A stretch of DNA of 64,000 nucleotides, from the NCBI RefSeq assembly GCF_009914755.1, contig NC_060945.1, one strand, 5' to 3'. A model generated the notes under the pieces. That model had not been told where the DNA came from and made no database searches. It saw only the letters and a program-made list of their open reading frames with translations. The stretch is from the human T2T-CHM13v2.0 reference genome, Homo sapiens. Positions 57,358 through 64,000 of this stretch are shown here, one piece after another. The first letter of the stretch is position 1. Every line of letters begins with the position of its first letter. Both the position numbers and the translations under genes were made by a program.

Positions 57358-59059
57358 CCTGCTCTAACAGGCTGTTGAATGCCCATGGCTTTTCCAGGTG
57401 CAGGGCATAAGCTGCCAGTGGATATACTATTATTGGGTCTACAAGGTGATGGCCCACTTCTCACAGCTCCATTAGGCAGTGTTCCGGTGAAGGCTCTGTG
57501 TGGGGACTTGAACCCTTCATTTTCCCTTGATACTACCCTAGAAGTTATCTGTGGGGGTTCTGTTTCTGAAGTAGGCTTCTGCCTGGACACCCAGGCTTTT
57601 CATACATCCTTGGAAATCTACGCAGAAGGTGCCAAGACTTATTCATTCTTACACTCTGTGCACTTGCAGGCTTAACAGTACATAGAAGACACCAAGGCTT
57701 ATGGCAGTTTGTACTTTCCTGAGCAGCAACATGAAGAGTATGTGGGAGGTTTTGAGCCAAGGCTGGAGCCGGAGTTGCCTAGACGTGGGGAACAGTATTT
57801 CAAGACTACACAGGGCAGCAAAGCCCTGGGCCTGGCCATGGAAACCATTGTTTCCTACTAGGCCTCAGGACTTGTCATGGAAGGGGCTGCCATGAAGTCT
57901 CTGAAATGCTTTCCAAGCATCCTCCTCATTGTCTTGGCTATCAGCACTTGGCTCCCTTTTTAGTCATGCATACTTCTCTAGCAAGTCGTTTCTTCACAGC
58001 CTGCCTGAATTCCTCTCCCCAGAAAGGTTTTTTTCTTCCTCTGCCACATGGCCAGGCTGCAAATTTTGAAAACTTTTGTTGTCTGCTTCCCTTTTAAATA
58101 TAGGTTCTAACTTTAAGTCATTCCTTTGTTCCTAAATCTGAGCATAGGTTGTTAGAAGCTGCCAGGCCACATTTTGAATGCTTTTCTGCTTAGAAATTTC
58201 CTCCACCAGGTACCCTAAATCATCCCCATGAAGTTCAAACTTCCAAAGATCCTCAGGGCATGAACAGAATGCATCCAGGGTTTTTACTAAGGTATAACAC
58301 ACATGACTTTTGCTCCAGCTCTCAATAAGTTATTTCTATCTGAGACCTCAGCAGCCTGGAATTCGGTCTCCGTATCACTATAAGTATTTTGATCACAACC
58401 ATTTAACCAGTCTCTAAGACATTTCTAACTTTTCCTCATCTTCCTGTCTTCTTCAAAGCTCTCCAAACTCTTTCAAACATAGCTCATTACCCAGTTCCAA
58501 AGCTGCTTCCACATTTTCAGATATCTTTATAGCAAAGGCTCGATCCTCAATACCAATTTTCTTTACTAGACTGCTCTTGTATTTCTATGAAGAAATATCT
58601 GAGAGAGGGTAATTTATAAAGAAAAGAGGTTTAATTGGCTCCCAGTACTGCAGGATTTACAGAAATAATGATACTGGCATCTGCCTGGCTTCTTGGGAGG
58701 TCTCAGGCAACTTACAATCACGGTAGAAGGTGAAGAGAGAGCAGGCATGCCACTTGGTGAAAGCAGGAGCGTGAGAGAGACAGTGGGTGCGGTGCAGGGC
58801 AGGGCTAGGGAGAAGTGCCACAAACACTTTTAAATCAGCAGATCTCATGATAACCCACTCAGTATTTTGAGAATAGCACCAGGGCGGTGGTGCTAAAACA
58901 TTCATGAGAAACTCACCCCCATGATCCAATCACTTCTACCAGGCCCCACCTCCAACACTGAGGATTATAATTCATCATGAGACCTTAGGTGGGGACAAAT
59001 ATACAAATTGTATCAATATGTTATGCCACAATTATCATATAATTATTTCCATGATTTAT

Positions 59060-59880
59060 GCCACATTAAGATATTTGATTTTTACTCTGAGTGAAATGGG
59101 GAGACCTTGAAGAATTATGAGCATAGACTGGCCCATTTTAAATTTAGTTTCAAATCAGTCATTCTAGATGATCTGATGAGAATTGTCTAACAACATGGGA
59201 AAGCTAAATAAAGAAAGACGACTTGGGAGTGTGTTCACAGCAGTTCAAGATGACTAGTAACTCAAAAAAGGTGCCAACTGAGGAAGTGAGGAGGGGTTAG
59301 CCATTGGGTACATGTCCTGACATACTGGATACTGGACGTGAGAGAAATGATAGGTCAAGTTATGATTCCAAAGATCTTGCTCAGCAACTTGAAGAGTAAG
59401 CTGCTATCCATGGATAGTGGCAGGCTGCAGGTGAAGCAGGTTTATGAGGGGATATCAGAATTCAATTTTGGTTGTGTCTGAAATGTCTATCTGACATCTA
59501 AATTTGAGAAGACAGTTGGATATGTGAGTTTAAGATTTCTGTTACACATTCAAATTGAGGAGGCAGTTGGACATGTGGAAATCAAGAGAGAGTTCTGACT
59601 TAGAGAGATTAATTCAGTAGTCTTCAGCATATGGCCTGTATTCAAAATCATGAGGATGGAATACATTATCAAGGGAATAAGTATTAATTCAAAAGGAAAG
59701 AGAAAGTGGACCAAATAATTGAAGAGTACTGAAAAAGAATTGACAAAAATAAATGGGCAGGACTTGGGGAAGTGACAGAGAAATCAGCAGTAGAGGCTAA
59801 GAAGTGACCAGTGATCTTGGGAGAAAATCAAGACATTGTGGTACTCTACAAGCCTAGTGGAAAAAAAAATAGTAACAAAG
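59060..59880 (-). mobile_element. L2 fragment
   Basis: TTTTACTCTGAGTGAAATGGGGAG.., TGAAATGTCTATCTGACATCTAAAT..CAGTTGGATATGTGAGT, typical of antisense L2. Confidence 0.65.
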
Positions 59881-59999
59881 AGAAGAGAGCAACGGAATGT
59901 GTTACTTAATCTTAACATATCAGGTAAAATATCTACTAAATGAATGTTTCAAAGATAGGTTACAAACGGAAGAATTGGAAACCGGATGCAAAAATAGAT

Positions 60000-60659
60000 C
60001 GATGTGGTTTAATCTCACCTCAAATTGTAATCCCCATGTGTCAAGGGAGGGACTTGTAATCTCCACATGTCAAGGGAAGGAGGGGATTGCATCATGTGGG
60101 CGGTTTCCCCCACGCTTTTCTTGTGATGGTGAGTGAGTTCTCATGAGATATGATGGTTTCATAAGTGTTTGACAGTTCCTTTTTCACATGCTTTCTCTCC
60201 TGCTGCCTTATGAAGAAGGTGCCTGCTTCCTTTTCTACCATGATTGTTAAGTTTCCTGAGGTCTCCCAGCCATGCAGAACTATCAGTCAATTAAAACTCT
60301 TTCCTTGATAAATTACCCAGTCTTGGCTATTTCTTTTTTCTTTCTTTCTTTTTTTCTAAGACAGAGTCTCTCTTTGCATTCCAGGCTGGAGTGCAGTCTG
60401 TCTCCCTGTCTCCCGAAATCAAGTGATTCTCCTGCCTCAGACTCCCAAGTACCTGGGATTACAGTTGTCCACTACCTGGCCTGGCCAATTTTTGTATTTT
60501 TATAGAGACAGAGTTTCACCATTTTGGTCAGGCTGGTCGCAAAGTCCTGACCTTAAGTGATCCACCCACCTTGGCCTCCCAGAGTGCTGGAATTACAGAC
60601 TTGAGCCTGTATTGGGCCTCGGGTATTTCTTAATAGCAGTGTGAAAATGTACTAATACA
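60000..60659 (+). mobile_element. THE1D-like LTR interrupted by an Alu
   Basis: CGATGTGGTTT..AAATTGTAATCCCCATGTGTCAAGGG...GTACTAATACA; TSD TAGAT/CAGAT. Confidence 0.82.
60332..60618 (-). mobile_element. Alu (degenerate, internal deletion)
   Basis: Antisense Alu; TSD resembling GG(C/G)TATTTCTT. Confidence 0.85.
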
Positions 60660-61119
60660 CAGATATTCCAAAGAGTTTTACTACAAAGAAAGCAAGGACT
60701 GGGGCAGTAGCTAGAAGAAGAAATAGAATCAGCAGAAGTGTTATTATTGTAGTTGGTATTCTATTCACTTTTAAAATTGAAGAAATAACAGTTTATTTGG
60801 ATGTTTATAGGAATAATTCAATAGACAGCAAAATTTATGATGTATGACAGAAAAAGAAGAGTTGCCAGGGAAGTGCCCTGAGCAAGTAAGAAGTAATAAG
60901 TTAGTACTTAAGTGGAAGGATGTACTTTGTGTAAGAGCAAGGAAATGTCATCTGCTACAGCAAGTGGGAAAAAAGAGTATGTGAAAGACACTGCTGATTA
61001 ATTTCAATTTTCTAGTAAAGCAGGAAACAAGTAGGAAGCAAGGTCATATGGTATGACTGTTAGAGGAAGGGCTGGGAGTCACTGGGAGGATAAATAGTCT
61101 GCCTCTTGCCTGGCAGTAC

Positions 61120-61600
61120 CGAGAGCCCTCCAAAGCCCGAAGTGATCTGGTCCCTAATATCTCTCTAACATTGTGCTCTATGACTTGCCTTCTCAATATG
61201 TAGGCCTGGCTGTCTTGGTTCCTTAGCCATTTCTAGGAAATGCCAAGCACACTCCTGCCTTAAAAAATGTCAAACTTTTGCTCCTTCTGCCTAGTATACT
61301 TTCTCCTGATCTCCACATAGACTCTTCCTCACTTCATAAAGCCTCTGTTCAAATGCAAGTCTTTGCCTAAACAACCACCTTGTTATTCTGTATTCTCTTA
61401 TCCTACTTTATTTTTCTTTTAGCACATATCAATACTTGACTCATTTATTTGATTATTTATTGCCTGCCTTTTCCCGATAGAATTGTATTTCCATGACACT
61501 AATCTTAGGTCCTAGAAAATGACTGGTAGATAGTAGGTGGTCAATAATGAACTCTGTTGAATAGATGAATAAATGTATGAAACAGTGAATGAGTAAATGG
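61120..61600 (+). mobile_element. L2 3' end
   Basis: ...TAGTAGGTGGTCAATAATGAACTCTGTTGAATAGATGAATAAATG L2 tail. Confidence 0.7.
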
Positions 61601-62799
61601 TTACTAGGGAAAGAGAACAGAGAAAAGTGGGGTGTGTAGCAGAGCTAAATTTCTATATACTGTAATGGAAAGTGCACAATCGGTAGTATCTGAGTCACTT
61701 ATTTAAGAGACATGGTCTTTAAACAATTGAAGTTAAATCACAGTAGGAACAGATAAAGTATCAAAAATATTTGCCTTTGGGGAGGTGTTGGCATGAGAAA
61801 GGGCACATACTTATCTTTGGTTATAGCCTTTTAACATTGTTTGATTTTTTCAAACTTTGAGTTCATAACATTGATAAGCACTAAAAACATATTATTGTAA
61901 AAGGCCAGTTTGAATGCAATGATGCATTTTACAGCCATTTCTGCCATCTAAAGTTGTATGATCTAAGCTTTTTGCTGCCCCCACAGAAGCAACCATCTGA
62001 ACAAACTGAAGCTTGAACGCCCCATAGTTCAACAGAATTAATGGTAGATTCCTTTCAACTTTGCTCTCTTTTTCCATATTACAGTCACCTTCACTAGCAG
62101 GTTGCAAATAGTCATGCAATAATGTCTATTTTATTTCATTTCAAAGAGCTCTGTTTAATGCATTTGTTGTACTTTTGAATATGACTAAATCCCAATTCAT
62201 TCTTCCACAGGCAGGAGATGTGAAGGCAGATTGTCTGAATATCAAGATGCTGTCCTAAATTATATGAGGTATAGATGCATAGTGGCATGCAAATTATTTT
62301 ACATCTCTGTACTTTAGTTTCTTTCTTCATTGTTAAAATGAGAATATCTATACTTTAGGCCTCTGTGGGTGAAAGAAATTGAATATGTACAATATTTACA
62401 ATATTACCTGGTACATAGTACACAGTAAATACGAAACACATCATAGTAATTATTATTATTATAAATACTATTTCAAGCTGTATCCAAATGGCTAGATGCG
62501 CTTGCATTCTGCTCTTCAGATATATAATCAGTAAGACAATGATGAAAGTGGATGCAAGAACACCATGTATTCAGCAGACAGATTAGAGTTTAATCAAGAG
62601 TGTTTCTTAAGTTCATCATATAAAACAAAATGAAAATCTGTGGATTCTACTGAAAATGAAAACTGAATATTAAAATTATCTCTAAACTGAGTTTAAAATG
62701 TTAACTTTGAAAATAGTGAGCTGAAAATGCTAAGAAATCATCATTAAAAACTAAGGGCTTTTTTGTTTCATTTATTCGAATTCTTTCTACCTGCATTTG

Positions 62800-62872
62800 T
62801 GAGTGTGTGTATGTGTGTGCACGTGTGTGTATGTGTATGTTGTGCATGTGTGTATATATGTGTGTGTATGTG
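62800..62872. repeat. (TG/TA)n low-complexity microsatellite
   Basis: Direct read. Confidence 0.9.
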
Positions 62873-63215
62873 CAGTTGGAGCCAAGACAGGCAGATGTAT
62901 ATAAGAATTCCTGCCTTTCAAATTATCTGAATATCCATGCTTTTTCAGGGACTATTAACATACATCAGAAAATAATTCCTCTAAATAAAATATCCCTAGC
63001 ATAAATACTCGGCCAGCGCACAGCTGTATAAGGGCCCTGACATATCAGAGGTGGAGGAAGTCTATAGCATCTTCAGCTCTAGCCCTATACTCTCTATTTT
63101 ATACAGAGAAGCAAGAGATCTGGAAAAGGGGCAGAACCTACTCAGATCCTGATCTCTAGACCCATGGTTCAGAACTATTTTAACTGTGCCATACAGCTTC
63201 AAATAATCCAAAACG

Positions 63216-63409
63216 AAAAATGTAACAGACAAGAGAGCAATGAAATGTGTTACCTGATCTTAACATATCAGGTAAAATATCTACTAAATGGAGTAGCATG
63301 AAGATAGGTTACAAAGAGAGGAATGGAAACAGGATGCAAAAATAGATTGAATGGTTTGGCTCTGTGTCCCCACCCAAATCTCATCTCAAATTGTAATCTC
63401 CACGTGTCA
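63216..63409 (+). repeat. Ectopic copy of ~59865-60043 (flank plus THE1 LTR start)
   Basis: Shares ATCTTAACATATCAGGTAAAATATCTACTAAATG, AAGATAGGTTACAAA and GGATGCAAAAATAGAT, and continues into a THE1 5' end. Confidence 0.9.
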
Positions 63410-64000
63410 TTTATCCTTATGGTTGGTTATTGATTGAACTTTATCTCTGTGATCTTATTATGAACGATTTTGCTCTCTCTGGATGGCAGTAGTCTTAAAT
63501 AGACATATATTTTATGAAAAAAATGTTATTTTTTAACCTACTCCTTCATAAAGAAGTGGAGAAAATGCCACTATTTATAGGAAGATAAAGTAAGTGGACA
63601 TTTTATGAAGGCATACGTTTAAATTAGATGAACACATAAATCTGTTGCTGAAATTACCTGCAAATATACAGAAAATACTCCAGCTCAAGACAATACAACA
63701 CAAATCAGGTAGAAAATTACTTGCCTATAAATCTTAATCTACTGCAATTTTATTTTCCCTCATCTATTTGCCATGTGGCGCTCCTGAATTTTAGGTGCTA
63801 GGTCTATTACTTGGAAATAGGCTTGTCCTAATAAAACTGACGTTTCTAAAGGGCTGTTTTCATAGAATCATGCCCCCATTTCTGAGATCCCTAATTCAAC
63901 ACCTTTGACAGTCTCAATTCTTTGCAGGGTACAATACCAGGAACAAAGGGGAAAATACAAATAAAAGCGAAGAAGAAATGGGAGCAGGGATAAGCTCTTC

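Larger units (their letters stand above)
55656..59015 (-). mobile_element. MSTA-like MaLR (truncated LTR, int, LTR) with a nested HERV-L remnant
   Basis: LTRs at 55656-56040 (truncated at GGGGATTATAATT) and 58562-59015; internal region 57358-58561. Confidence 0.85.

Overview
Primate (human-like) AT-rich intergenic or intronic DNA dominated by transposable elements; no host protein-coding gene, RNA gene or CRISPR array is supported. The main element is a defective HERV-W (HERV17/LTR17) provirus on the minus strand (353-8164, TSD TAAC) that split a Tigger4b DNA transposon. Its LTRs differ at 56 of 744 aligned positions by manual count, gag and pol are broken, most of integrase and env is deleted, and a second, divergent pol (RT connection + RNase H) fragment sits in the pre-gag leader. 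The rest contains MaLR elements (MSTD-, THE1A- and MSTA-like LTR-int-LTR units, one carrying a nested HERV-L dUTPase/MLT2A remnant), solo ERV1 LTRs (LTR1, MER41A, MER50-, MER21-, MER57-, MER39-, LTR10-like), DNA transposons (Tigger, Charlie1, MADE1), a 5'-inverted L1PA, old L1/L2/MIR and ten Alus. I found no evidence of a new multi-gene biological system. The notable signals are rearrangement footprints (microhomology deletions, a ~190-bp ectopic duplication, a 32-bp-arm inverted repeat) and possible LTR-derived regulatory activity. Subfamily names come from recall of consensus sequences and need RepeatMasker/Dfam confirmation.
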